From a virus: a stretch of 57,107 nt of DNA. The stretch lies in the UHGV virus genome UHGV-1334481; one strand, 5' to 3'. Every line of letters begins with the position of its first letter. Positions within the stretch are counted from its first letter, which is position 1. Of the stretch, positions 37,962 through 47,506 are shown piece by piece. Both the position numbers and the translations under genes were made by a program. The notes under the pieces are model-generated. The model searched no databases and had not been told where the DNA came from. It saw only the letters and a program-made list of their open reading frames with translations.

Positions 37962-38492
37962 ATGTCTCTTTATACAGAACTGAATGAAACTTCCGAAAAA
38001 TCTTTTGATGGTATCTTATCAATAATGCAAAAGCAGGTATTAGAACAGCTTAGTGAAGCCGCAAGCAATGGGCACAAGGCTTGTCGAGTCCGAAGCCCAC
38101 ATCGCCGCATGTATGAACGCCCTCTTATTAATTGGCTAGAAAGCGAAGGTCTTACGGTTAAGATTTGCCCTGCTAAATTTGATGTCCCACGTATTCTTAA
38201 TATTTACTGGGATAAACCGATTGATAAACCGGTTGAGAAAAGTGACCCTTGGGTTGTTAATGTAAAAACATGTGATAATGGATGCTCACTTGAGGTGTCT
38301 GCTGTAATTAAAGGCACTCACGGTGAAAAAACGTGGGGTTGGCCTGGTAAAGATAAAGAAATCGTGTTAAGTGTAAAAGCTACTAGTATTAGTACTCCTA
38401 TAGCTAAAAGCATTATCGCCGCCGCTGTTGAAGAAGCTGAACGAATTTGTAAAATTAAAAATAGTTTACACCTCTTAAATAGCATGATATAA
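37962..38492 (+). CDS. hypothetical protein
   Basis: 176-aa ORF with GAGGAAA RBS. Confidence 0.6.
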   Translation: MSLYTELNETSEKSFDGILSIMQKQVLEQLSEAASNGHKACRVRSPHRRMYERPLINWLESEGLTVKICPAKFDVPRILNIYWDKPIDKPVEKSDPWVVNVKTCDNGCSLEVSAVIKGTHGEKTWGWPGKDKEIVLSVKATSISTPIAKSIIAAAVEEAERICKIKNSLHLLNSMI

Positions 38493-38534
38493 TTCTTCCA
38501 CAGATTTTATTTTTAATCAACCTAAGGAAATACT

Positions 38535-39128
38535 ATGAACACACTAAAGAAAATTGTTGAGTTTATTCGCACTAAACTTGGTTCTGCTATGGCTAAAAAT
38601 CTATCTGTTGAAGAACAGTATACTGCTGCAGCAGCAAAACTGCTTGATAAAATTAAAGATCTAAAAACTGCTTCTGTTAAATCTATTAATGAAGAAAAAC
38701 GTATTCGTGAACTTATTGTCGAAAAGAATCGACAGGCTGAATCAAAAGAGCGTGAAATTCGTAAACTTCTTTCCGAAGGTCAAGATGTAACAATGCATGC
38801 TAAACTCGGTTTACTATATCGTCGAACAGCTGAGCAGTTGACTACTAAGGCTGACGGTTATGCTGAAATGCGAATTGAAATCGCCAAGAAAGTAGTTGAG
38901 TTAGATGATGCTCGTCAAGAGCTTGCAGTTAAATTGGAATATATCCGTGAAACTCGTGCGGCAAATGCCCTTGGAATTAGTACTGCCGATGATGTAGTTG
39001 AAATTGCAGCACTGACTAAGGTTGATATTGAAGATACCCTTGCTCGAGTTGAAACCTTTAATGGTAATATTTCTGGGGTTGAAACTACCTCTGCCGATGT
39101 TCAGGAATACATTAATTCTCTGAAATAA
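38535..39128 (+). CDS. hypothetical protein (coiled-coil-like)
   Basis: 197-aa ORF with AGGAAA RBS; heptad-like charged composition. Confidence 0.6.
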   Translation: MNTLKKIVEFIRTKLGSAMAKNLSVEEQYTAAAAKLLDKIKDLKTASVKSINEEKRIRELIVEKNRQAESKEREIRKLLSEGQDVTMHAKLGLLYRRTAEQLTTKADGYAEMRIEIAKKVVELDDARQELAVKLEYIRETRAANALGISTADDVVEIAALTKVDIEDTLARVETFNGNISGVETTSADVQEYINSLK

Positions 39129-39132
39129 TGAT

Positions 39133-39156
39133 AAGGGGCTTCGGCCCCTTATACTT
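39133..39156 (+). terminator. stem-loop, weak terminator
   Basis: aaggggc-ttcg-gcccctt hairpin right after the stop at 39128; downstream U-run is poor. Confidence 0.4.
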
Positions 39157-39169
39157 GGAGTAAATAGGA

Positions 39170-39784
39170 ATGAAAATGAAAATGCAAAGTGATTTCAATT
39201 CAATGTTTGAAGAGTTCCAAAGACAGGTTGATGTTCCAGACCAATTACTAAATGCTCTTAAACGCATGGCAGAAGGACGTAATTACTATTGGGGGTCTTC
39301 ATATGAAACTGATGAAAGTCTTTCTGGAAGATTTTATAGAGGTAAAAAGTCTTTAATACGTCCTGGAATACTCATTAACAGTATTGAATCAATTCATTCA
39401 TTGACATGTGATTTTGATGTTGAATTTACTGATTTCATTTCTCCTGAATGGACGGTTTGTTATTTAAACGACGATTATGATTATCTTGGCGTTTATAGTT
39501 TAAGTGATGCATGGTTTAAACGTAATTTACAAAAATCAAATTTATTTTATATTGATACTACGGTAAAATTTCAGGGAAAGAAATATTTCTTTACTCTTAT
39601 AGTTGACTCTGAAACAAAATATGAAAATAAGCGTATTCTTAGTAAAAAGAATATCTTAACTATTGTTGATGATCTTTTTGATAAATTCGTAGAAAATCCC
39701 AATTTTGAAAGCGATTTATTATTAGAAAAATTTGTTAAGGAATGTAGAGAATATGTCAAAGCCATCACTATACCTTCCAAGTAA
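39170..39784 (+). CDS. hypothetical protein
   Basis: 204-aa ORF with GGAG RBS. Confidence 0.6.
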   Translation: MKMKMQSDFNSMFEEFQRQVDVPDQLLNALKRMAEGRNYYWGSSYETDESLSGRFYRGKKSLIRPGILINSIESIHSLTCDFDVEFTDFISPEWTVCYLNDDYDYLGVYSLSDAWFKRNLQKSNLFYIDTTVKFQGKKYFFTLIVDSETKYENKRILSKKNILTIVDDLFDKFVENPNFESDLLLEKFVKECREYVKAITIPSK

Positions 39785-40145
39785 ACCTGTGAAGTATGAA
39801 CCAAAGCGTCAGCTAATTTCTACTGATGTGTTAATAGGTCCTGTGGTAGCTGTATCATTTGTGATTTTGGTGATTGCTGGAATGGTTATAGACGTTATGA
39901 CTGATATTGAATCTGGTGTAATATTTGGAGCAACACTAATTCTTCCATTGGTAGTTCCGCTTTTATTAGTACCTGTAAATTGGGTAGGATACTGGTATCA
40001 AGGAAGACATTATCGTAAACGTGTACGTGATTGGAAAGCTCAGTGTAAAAAGATTAAAAAGGAACACCAGCTTAAGCTAGATATGTATGAATTTGATGAA
40101 ATTATGAAATTTGTTAAGGAATCACGATGCAAAAGCCAAAACTAA
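39753..40145 (+). CDS. small membrane protein (member of a tandem trio)
   Basis: Start at ATG 39753 (tool ORF began at TTG 39732); two hydrophobic helices then a basic tail; overlaps the upstream gene. Confidence 0.5.
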   Translation: MSKPSLYLPSKPVKYEPKRQLISTDVLIGPVVAVSFVILVIAGMVIDVMTDIESGVIFGATLILPLVVPLLLVPVNWVGYWYQGRHYRKRVRDWKAQCKKIKKEHQLKLDMYEFDEIMKFVKESRCKSQN

Positions 40146-40501
40146 ATAAAGTCAAATATTCTTTTTCTGAGTCATTTTTAATTTTTGCTGTGGCATTGGC
40201 TGCAGCTCTTGCGGGTAGTTTTATTGGATTGTTAATTGACTGTTTTATTTTAAACATCCGCAGTAACGTCAGCGGTATAGTAGATATAATAGAAGTTTGG
40301 AGTGAACTTCATTATACTATAGCAATTTCATTATTTTCATTCTTTGGTACCATGTTATATTTTCATTATGATAATTTTAAAATAAATTGGCAAAGAAAAA
40401 AGGATTACAAAATACAATTAAAGGAATATAATAGCTATATGTCTTATATTGAAAAAGAATCAATGGAAGAGTTTGTGAGTGATTGTAGGAAAATTAAATG
40501 A
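40127..40501 (+). CDS. small membrane protein (member of a tandem trio)
   Basis: 124 aa, two predicted TM helices; start embedded in the upstream gene end (AAGGA RBS). Confidence 0.6.
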   Translation: MQKPKLNKVKYSFSESFLIFAVALAAALAGSFIGLLIDCFILNIRSNVSGIVDIIEVWSELHYTIAISLFSFFGTMLYFHYDNFKINWQRKKDYKIQLKEYNSYMSYIEKESMEEFVSDCRKIK

Positions 40502-40986
40502 TTTTAAAAACTCGCTGGTATGATTTAGATGATGGGGACGATGGCATTTCAGTTGATAGAGTTGACTGGAGCGGCTGTTCTGAAGATACAAAGAAACGAT
40601 TAATTAGGGAGTTTAGAATGGGATATCAAGCAGTTAAGCCATCTACTGTAACAGATGATAAATTCGTGTGTATTCATAATGGTCGTGCTAAGTTAACGAA
40701 TGCTGAATGGTTCACAGATAAGATTATGATTCTGTGGTATATCATTAGTCTTCCTGTGTCATCATTCGTATTTTACTTTTTTATAAAAAATCCAATGGAC
40801 AGAATAGGAGATTGGATTCTTTTAACCATACTTGTTAATATTTTTACAGCATCAATATTATCAGGAATATGGTACATGTTCATTGAAATGCCATGGCGGA
40901 TGCGCAGACAACAAAAGATTTTTGATGAAAAGAAATATGCTCAAAATTTAAATAATTTTATCACTGAATGCAGGAAATTAAAATGA
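40498..40986 (+). CDS. small membrane protein (member of a tandem trio)
   Basis: 162 aa, hydrophobic segments; ATGA start/stop overlap with neighbours. Confidence 0.6.
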   Translation: MILKTRWYDLDDGDDGISVDRVDWSGCSEDTKKRLIREFRMGYQAVKPSTVTDDKFVCIHNGRAKLTNAEWFTDKIMILWYIISLPVSSFVFYFFIKNPMDRIGDWILLTILVNIFTASILSGIWYMFIEMPWRMRRQQKIFDEKKYAQNLNNFITECRKLK

Positions 40987-41423
40987 AAACACTATCAGCT
41001 GGTATTATCTTTATGACAGAAGATAAAGATTTATTTATGGGACGAGTTACTGGTTCTCGTAAACATGGAATGATGGCACATCGCTGGGATATTCCAAAGG
41101 GGCGTGTAGAAAGTTCTGATTTAAGCGCACTAGATGCAGCACGAAGAGAATGCTTAGAAGAGACTGGCTTTAGCAATTATAATCCAGACCTTCTAGAAGA
41201 CTTAGGTGTATTTAAATATTCTAGTAATAAAGACTTACAGTTATTTTATTATACGATTCCAGTAGAGCATGAGATGTTTAGAAATTGCCATTGCGAGTCT
41301 TATTTTGAAAATAAAGATGGCGTTATGATTCCAGAGATGGATGCTTTTGCTCTTATTCCTCGTACTCAGTGGCAATATGTGATGGGCCCTTCACTTTACC
41401 GAATAATGAACAGCCTCTTTTAA
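40983..41423 (+). CDS. nudE: Nudix hydrolase NudE (e.1)
   Basis: Nudix box GRVESSDLSALDAARRECLEETGF; start at ATG 40983 coupled to the upstream stop; about 147 aa (T4 e.1 is 151 aa). Confidence 0.8.
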   Translation: MKTLSAGIIFMTEDKDLFMGRVTGSRKHGMMAHRWDIPKGRVESSDLSALDAARRECLEETGFSNYNPDLLEDLGVFKYSSNKDLQLFYYTIPVEHEMFRNCHCESYFENKDGVMIPEMDAFALIPRTQWQYVMGPSLYRIMNSLF

Positions 41424-41954
<531 letters not shown>

Positions 41955-41958
41955 AGTT

Positions 41959-41988
41959 GTTTACTTTCTCCTAGAATTGTGATAGTAT
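41959..41988 (+). promoter_or_regulatory. T4-type early promoter with -10 inside an 8-bp inverted repeat
   Basis: -35 gtttac, -10 gatagtat; perfect inverted repeat aattgtga/tcacaatt (41975-41982 / 41991-41998). Confidence 0.5.
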
Positions 41989-42013
41989 ATTCACAATTAC
42001 TTGGAGGGATAAA

Positions 42014-42430
42014 ATGACTCGTATTAATTTGACTTTAGTATCTGAACTTGCTGATCAACATTTAATCGCAGAATACCGCGAATTGCCACGTGTTTTTGGT
42101 ATAGTTCGTAAACATGTAGAAAATGGTAAGCGGGTTAAAGATTTTAAAATATCTTCTGAGTTTATTTTAGGTTCTGGTCATGTTACGTTCTTTTATGATA
42201 AGTTAGAATTTTTGCGAAAGCGTCAATCAGACATTATAGCGGAATGCTTAAAACGTGGGTTTAGTATAAAAGATACTGAAGTTCCTGACATCAGCGATAT
42301 TCCAGCAGAATGGAAAAATGATTATAACCCATGCAAATCAGCTATTAAGTTGAGTCAACAACGACTCGATGAAAAAATTTTAATGAAGCCACACTGGTAT
42401 AAATACTACGGCAAAAATATTTACATTTAA
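42014..42430 (+). CDS. denV: endonuclease V (pyrimidine dimer DNA glycosylase) DenV
   Basis: 138 aa, [29 protein letters not shown]...; matches T4 endo V length and sequence (memory). Confidence 0.93.
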   Translation: MTRINLTLVSELADQHLIAEYRELPRVFGIVRKHVENGKRVKDFKISSEFILGSGHVTFFYDKLEFLRKRQSDIIAECLKRGFSIKDTEVPDISDIPAEWKNDYNPCKSAIKLSQQRLDEKILMKPHWYKYYGKNIYI

Positions 42431-42439
42431 AGGAAACAC

Positions 42440-42913
42440 ATGAAAACATATCAAGAATTTATCACTGAAGCAGCTATTAATTCTCAAATTATCGCTGAAT
42501 CTTTTACTGATCTTTTGAAATTTAAAAAAGGTCAAAAAATCACTGCTGTATTGGATGATGGTACAGAAGTTGAGATGGATGTACAGGGATATAATTATGC
42601 AGTAGATGGAAAACTGTATAATAAATCTCACGCTAAATTTGATTCATTTGACGACTTTGTTAATACGGTTGAAGATGAAAAAACTCGTAGATCCATTGCA
42701 ACTGGCGACGCTAAGGTTCTTATGGCACACGGTCATGAACGTATCCGCGCCAAACAGAATAAAATGGGTGAAGATAATTTCGCATTAGTTGGTTATCAAT
42801 CTGGTAAACAAACTTATGGTTATCAGCGTACTGCTACCATGTATAACAAAAATGGTAAAATCGCTTTCGTGAATAGCAAAGGTTCTATTCAGTACGTCAA
42901 ATCATTCAAATAA
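42440..42913 (+). CDS. internal-protein-like protein with CTS
   Basis: 157 aa, N-terminus MKTYQEFITEAAI (CTS-like); adjacent to denV. Confidence 0.6.
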   Translation: MKTYQEFITEAAINSQIIAESFTDLLKFKKGQKITAVLDDGTEVEMDVQGYNYAVDGKLYNKSHAKFDSFDDFVNTVEDEKTRRSIATGDAKVLMAHGHERIRAKQNKMGEDNFALVGYQSGKQTYGYQRTATMYNKNGKIAFVNSKGSIQYVKSFK

Positions 42914-43066
42914 GCAAATAAGAAATATGGGAACAAGCTGGACCTCATGATTCTATGAGGGATTCCCGCCAACCTGTAATAAGGTCGAGCCCAAGTGCGG
43001 TAATGGGTAAATACAGAAATGGACAATTCATGTGCCATGGAATGGCCCAAATTTAGAGAGAATAAA

Positions 43067-43606
43067 ATGAGAACATTTTTAACTGGTCCTTATCTATCCC
43101 TGATGAATGCTTTTACACACCATTCTGATGCTAGAGTAGAAGAAATTTGTAAAAACGATTATATCCCACCATTTGAAGACTTGCTTAAACAATATTGTAC
43201 ACTTCGACTAGATGGTGGACGCCAATCTGGTAAATCAACTGCTGTGACTAACTTTGCTGCTAATTGGCTGTATGACGGTGGAACAGTTATTGTTCTTTCT
43301 AATACTTCAGCTTACGCTAAAATTTCTGCAGGCCACATTAAAAAAGAATTTTCTCGTTATTCTAGTGATGATATTCGATTCCGCTTATTTACTGATTCTG
43401 TCCGTAGTTTTATCGGTAATAAAGGAAGCAAGTTCAGAGGTTTATCTCTTTCGCGAATTTTGTATATAATCGATGAGCCTGTTAAATCTCCTGATATGGA
43501 TAAAATTTACGATATTCATATTGAAACTGTGCAACACTGCTGTAATAGTAAATGTTGCATTGGTGGTATTACTCGTCCGCAGTTTTTCGTAATCGGAATG
43601 CAATGA
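43067..43606 (+). CDS. P-loop NTPase-like hypothetical protein
   Basis: Start at ATG 43067 (AGAGAGAA RBS); Walker A-like GGRQSGKST and Walker B-like ILYIIDEP. Confidence 0.55.
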   Translation: MRTFLTGPYLSLMNAFTHHSDARVEEICKNDYIPPFEDLLKQYCTLRLDGGRQSGKSTAVTNFAANWLYDGGTVIVLSNTSAYAKISAGHIKKEFSRYSSDDIRFRLFTDSVRSFIGNKGSKFRGLSLSRILYIIDEPVKSPDMDKIYDIHIETVQHCCNSKCCIGGITRPQFFVIGMQ

Positions 43607-43911
43607 TGACAGACACACAGCTTTTCGAATATCTTTATTTTTCGCCAAAAACTATTAAAAATAAATTGGTGAATCATTTTGAAATTTTGGCAAATAACAA
43701 CGTCTTGAGCGAATTTTATCCTAAGCAATACAAATTGCAAAAAGGTGTATTCAAAGGATGCAGAGTTTTGTGTACTGCTCCTAATGCAAGATTAATGAAT
43801 AAAATTCCATATTTTACCATGGAATTTATTGATGGACCTTTTAAAGGACTAATCACCCAAAGTTTAATGGCATACGATTCTGAGCCATTTTTAATTAAAG
43901 AACAATCTTAG
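43603..43911 (+). CDS. hypothetical protein
   Basis: ATGA overlap with the upstream stop; 102 aa. Confidence 0.5.
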   Translation: MMTDTQLFEYLYFSPKTIKNKLVNHFEILANNNVLSEFYPKQYKLQKGVFKGCRVLCTAPNARLMNKIPYFTMEFIDGPFKGLITQSLMAYDSEPFLIKEQS

Positions 43912-43938
43912 ATAAATTTATTTTCTAATTGAGGTTAT

Positions 43939-44301
43939 ATGAAAGCATATCAAATTCTTGAAGGCACACATAAAGGTACTATTTATTTTGAAGATGGTAT
44001 TCAAGCACGAATTATTGTTTCTAAAACCTTTAAAGAGGATTCTTTTGTAGACCCAGAAATTTTCTACGGTTTGCACACCCGTGAAATTGAAATTGAACCA
44101 CAACCTACAGTTAAAATTGAAGGTGGTCAACACCTGAACGTTAACGTTCTGCGTCGTGAAACTCTGGAAGATGCAGTTAAGCATCCGGAAAAATATCCGC
44201 AGCTGACCATCCGTGTATCCGGTTATGCAGTTCGCTTTAACTCTCTGACTCCGGAACAGCAGCGCGACGTTATCGCTCGTACCTTTACTGAGAGCTTGTA
44301 A
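43939..44301 (+). CDS. grcA: autonomous glycyl radical cofactor GrcA/YfiD-like protein (T4 Y06I-type)
   Basis: C-terminal half matches E. coli GrcA from memory, including [29 protein letters not shown]; that half has host-like GC-rich codons. Confidence 0.85.
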   Translation: MKAYQILEGTHKGTIYFEDGIQARIIVSKTFKEDSFVDPEIFYGLHTREIEIEPQPTVKIEGGQHLNVNVLRRETLEDAVKHPEKYPQLTIRVSGYAVRFNSLTPEQQRDVIARTFTESL

Positions 44302-44522
44302 TGGCAAAGATAATTATTGAAGGTTCTAAAGATGTGTTAAATGCTTTCGCAGAATGGTTTAGTAATTCAGGCGAACAGCAATTTAATGAAGCGTGGAATA
44401 TGGGTGATATTAGTGGAATTTATCCTACGACAGAAATTTCTGTTCAGGGATATGGCATTTATGAACCTATTCGTTTAGTTGAATATGATTTGGGAACGGG
44501 CGAGGAAGTCAAATATGATTGA
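44301..44522 (+). CDS. hypothetical protein
   Basis: 73-aa ORF coupled to the grcA-like stop. Confidence 0.5.
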   Translation: MAKIIIEGSKDVLNAFAEWFSNSGEQQFNEAWNMGDISGIYPTTEISVQGYGIYEPIRLVEYDLGTGEEVKYD

Positions 44523-44781
44523 AGATATTAAAGGTTATAAGCCGCACACTGAAGAGAAAATCGATAAAGTGAATGCTATCAAAGACGCTGAAGTTCGTTT
44601 AGGACTTATCTTTGACGCTTTATATGATGAATTCTGGGAAGCACTAGATAATTGTGAAGACTACGAATTCGCAAAGAATTATGCTGAAAGCCTCGATCAG
44701 TTAACTATTGCTAAAACGAAACTCAAAGAAGCTAGTATGTGGGCTTGTCGTGCTGTGTTCCAACCAGAGGAAAAATATTAA
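44515..44781 (+). CDS. hypothetical protein
   Basis: Start at ATG 44515 overlapping the upstream stop; 88 aa. Confidence 0.5.
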   Translation: MIEDIKGYKPHTEEKIDKVNAIKDAEVRLGLIFDALYDEFWEALDNCEDYEFAKNYAESLDQLTIAKTKLKEASMWACRAVFQPEEKY

Positions 44782-45059
44782 TGGCTCAATTAAGCGCAGG
44801 GTTTGGTTATGAGTATTATACTGCCCCTCGTCGTGTATCTGTTGCTCCTAAGAAAATTCAAAGTCTTGATGACTTCCAAGAAGTAGTCCGTAAAGCTTTC
44901 CAGGACTATGCACGTTATCTTAAAGAAGATTCACAGGACTGTCTCGAAGAAGATGAAATTGCTTACTATGAGCAGCGTCTTGAACAGCTTAAAAACCTAC
45001 ATGAGGTCCGTGCAGAAGTTTCAAAGTCTATGAATAAATTGATTAGATTTAAAGAATAA
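44781..45059 (+). CDS. hypothetical protein
   Basis: Start at ATG 44781 (GAGGAAAA RBS); 92 aa. Confidence 0.5.
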   Translation: MAQLSAGFGYEYYTAPRRVSVAPKKIQSLDDFQEVVRKAFQDYARYLKEDSQDCLEEDEIAYYEQRLEQLKNLHEVRAEVSKSMNKLIRFKE

Positions 45060-45062
45060 CTG

Positions 45063-45090
45063 TTTACTTTTCCTCTTGACTGTGGTATAA
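45063..45090 (+). promoter_or_regulatory. T4-type early promoter
   Basis: -35 gtttac and -10 tataat, followed by AAGAGGAG RBS. Confidence 0.55.
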
Positions 45091-45118
45091 TTTTTCTATC
45101 AGTTAAGAGGAGAATAAC

Positions 45119-45580
45119 ATGACTATCAACACAGAAGTTTTTATCCGTCGAAATAAGCTTCGTCGTCACTTTGAGTCGGAGTTTCGTCAAATTAACAATG
45201 AGATTCGTGAGGCATCAAAAGCAGCAGGAGTCTCATCGTTTCATCTAAAATATTCTCAGCATCTTCTTGATCGTGCAATTCAACGGGAGATTGATGAGAC
45301 ATATGTTTTTGAATTATTCCACAAAATAAAAGACCACGTTTTAGAAGTTAATGAATTCCTGAGTATGCCTCCACGTCCTGATATTGACGAGGATTTTATT
45401 GATGGGGTTGAATACCGTCCTGGACGTTTAGAAATCACAGATGGAAATCTTTGGCTTGGATTTACGGTTTGTAAACCTAATGCGAAGTTCAAAGACCCGT
45501 CGCTTCAATGCAGGATGGCAATTATCAACAGTCGTCGTTTACCAGGAAAGGCTTCTAAAGCAGTAATTAAAACTCAATGA
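45119..45580 (+). CDS. hypothetical protein
   Basis: 153-aa ORF with strong RBS. Confidence 0.6.
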   Translation: MTINTEVFIRRNKLRRHFESEFRQINNEIREASKAAGVSSFHLKYSQHLLDRAIQREIDETYVFELFHKIKDHVLEVNEFLSMPPRPDIDEDFIDGVEYRPGRLEITDGNLWLGFTVCKPNAKFKDPSLQCRMAIINSRRLPGKASKAVIKTQ

Positions 45581-45587
45581 GGTAAGC

Positions 45588-46133
45588 ATGAGAAAAGCAC
45601 TACTCGCTGGTCTATTGGCCATTTCAATGATGGCACATAGCTCCGAGCATACTTTCAGTAATGTCCAACTCGATAACATGCGTTACGCGTATCAATTCGG
45701 GGAACAATTTTCTAAGGATGGAAAATATAAAACACACAAAAATATCCACAAGAGCGGATTGGGTCATATAATGGCTGCTATTTTATGGCAAGAAAGCTCT
45801 GCCGGAGTTAATTTAAAATCTAAACCAAAGCATCATGCCTATGGAATGTTCCAAAATTATTTGCCTACTATGCGAGCAAGAGTTAAGGAACTTGGTTATA
45901 ATATGACCGATGCTGAAATAAAAAGAATGTTGAATAAACGGTCCAATTCAGCTTCCTGGGCGTACATTGAACTTTCTTATTGGTTAAATATACATAAGGG
46001 CGATATAAGAAAGGCGATATCCTCTTATAATTCGGGATGGAATGTTAAAGCAGGTTCTAAATATGCTTCTGAAGTCCTAGAAAAGGCTAATTACCTTAAA
46101 AATAATAAACTTTTGGAAATAGTAAATGACTAA
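45588..46133 (+). CDS. secreted lytic-transglycosylase-like (SLT domain) protein
   Basis: N-terminal signal peptide MRKALLAGLLAISMMAHS; SLT-like motifs WQESSAG, YGMFQN, SYNSGWN. Confidence 0.5.
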   Translation: MRKALLAGLLAISMMAHSSEHTFSNVQLDNMRYAYQFGEQFSKDGKYKTHKNIHKSGLGHIMAAILWQESSAGVNLKSKPKHHAYGMFQNYLPTMRARVKELGYNMTDAEIKRMLNKRSNSASWAYIELSYWLNIHKGDIRKAISSYNSGWNVKAGSKYASEVLEKANYLKNNKLLEIVND

Positions 46134-46473
46134 AATTTTGGTTTTATGTATAGGATTAATTTCATTTTCTGCTTCTGCGTTAGCAGATACATCATATACT
46201 GAAATTAGAGAGTATGTAAACCGTACTGCCGCGGATTATTGTGGGAAAAATAAAGCATGCCAAGCTGAATTTGCGCAGAAATTAATATATGCATATAAAG
46301 ACGGAGAAAGAGATAAATCAAGCAGATACAAAAATGATACATTGTTAAAACGATATGCTAAAAAGTGGAATACCTTAGAATGTTCAGTTGCGGAGGAGAA
46401 AGATAAAGCCGCTTGTCATTCAATGGTTGACCGTTTAGTAGATTCTTATAATCGAGGATTGAGTACTAGATGA
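46126..46473 (+). CDS. secreted Cys-containing protein
   Basis: Signal peptide MTKILVLCIGLISFSASALA; 4 Cys in the mature part. Confidence 0.55.
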   Translation: MTKILVLCIGLISFSASALADTSYTEIREYVNRTAADYCGKNKACQAEFAQKLIYAYKDGERDKSSRYKNDTLLKRYAKKWNTLECSVAEEKDKAACHSMVDRLVDSYNRGLSTR

Positions 46474-46949
46474 TTGTAAAATATATCAAGGGCGATATTG
46501 TCGCCCTATTTCTTCAAGGTAATATTATTGCGCACGGGTGCAATTGCTTCCACACAATGGGCTCTGGCGTAGCGGGTCAATTAGCAAGAGCCTATCCCAA
46601 AATTTTAGAAATAGATAAAACCACTACCGAGTACGGTTCTCGTGATAAATTAGGCGATATGTCTATTGTTTTTAAACATAGTCCTACGGGATTTGGTATA
46701 TGCTATAACCTGTATACACAATACGAACCGGGTCCTAATCTTGATTATGGTGCTTTAGTAAACTGCATGATAGAATTAAATCTACAGGCAGAAACCCTTT
46801 TGTTTAAACCAGTAATTTACATTCCACGTATAGGTTGCGGTATTGCTGGCGGCGATTGGGATAAGGTTTCTAAATTAATCGACATGTTTACTCCTGATAT
46901 TGATTTAATAGTGGTGGATTATGAAAGTACATTACCCGCATCCGTTTGA
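46470..46949 (+). CDS. macro-domain-like protein (putative ADP-ribose binding/hydrolase)
   Basis: Motifs GDIV..., HGCNCFHTMGSGVAGQL and IPRIGCGIAGGDW resemble macro-domain signatures; by eye only. Confidence 0.45.
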   Translation: MIVKYIKGDIVALFLQGNIIAHGCNCFHTMGSGVAGQLARAYPKILEIDKTTTEYGSRDKLGDMSIVFKHSPTGFGICYNLYTQYEPGPNLDYGALVNCMIELNLQAETLLFKPVIYIPRIGCGIAGGDWDKVSKLIDMFTPDIDLIVVDYESTLPASV

Positions 46950-47133
46950 TCCTAAAAACAAAGTGGAAATTATTCGTCAATGGGAACGCATTTGCCGTAC
47001 TAAATGCCCAATTAATAGTCCACATGGTGTAGATAAAGACTATATTGGAACATTCGTTGAATATACCTTTATTGATAAGAAAGGTCGTAAACAACACGTA
47101 GAAGAATATTGTTTAAAGGTTACATGGTTATGA
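46921..47133 (+). CDS. hypothetical protein
   Basis: 70-aa ORF overlapping the upstream 3' end. Confidence 0.45.
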   Translation: MKVHYPHPFDPKNKVEIIRQWERICRTKCPINSPHGVDKDYIGTFVEYTFIDKKGRKQHVEEYCLKVTWL

Positions 47134-47336
47134 GCCAAACAAGTATTCTTAAAAATGCCCACTGCGAAAAGTGTGAATGGCCAGTTGTTTTTGCTTTATG
47201 TAATGATGAAATGGCTTGTGATTTCGATTATTGGTGCTATTGTTCTAATAAAGGATGCATCAATCATAAAGGTGAAGGATTTTATTCAGGATTTTATCCT
47301 TATCCCGATTTCGTTAAAGAAGGTAAACCGAAATGA
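47130..47336 (+). CDS. Cys-rich small protein (putative zinc-binding)
   Basis: Start at ATG 47130 (ATGA overlap); CxxC pairs CEKC...CNDEMAC...CYCSNKGC. Confidence 0.45.
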   Translation: MSQTSILKNAHCEKCEWPVVFALCNDEMACDFDYWCYCSNKGCINHKGEGFYSGFYPYPDFVKEGKPK

Positions 47337-47506
47337 ATAGTTTTGAGTTACAATATGAAGTGTTACGTGAGCTTGATAATTTAATTGAACTCGCTGTCAA
47401 TAAAGGTTTTGCCATTGGAATCGGTCAAAAAGATACTGGTCATTTAACTATGGAAATATTTAAGCAAAAGCGAATTATTTTAAAACTCCTGGAAATTAAT
47501 ATATGA
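47333..47506 (+). CDS. small hypothetical protein (57 aa)
   Basis: Hand-found ORF below the tool cutoff; ATGA-coupled at both ends. Confidence 0.4.
   Translation: MNSFELQYEVLRELDNLIELAVNKGFAIGIGQKDTGHLTMEIFKQKRIILKLLEINI

Noticed and set aside
43918-44307. 129-aa minus-strand ORF
   Set aside because: Antisense to the grcA-like gene, whose plus-strand translation matches a known protein
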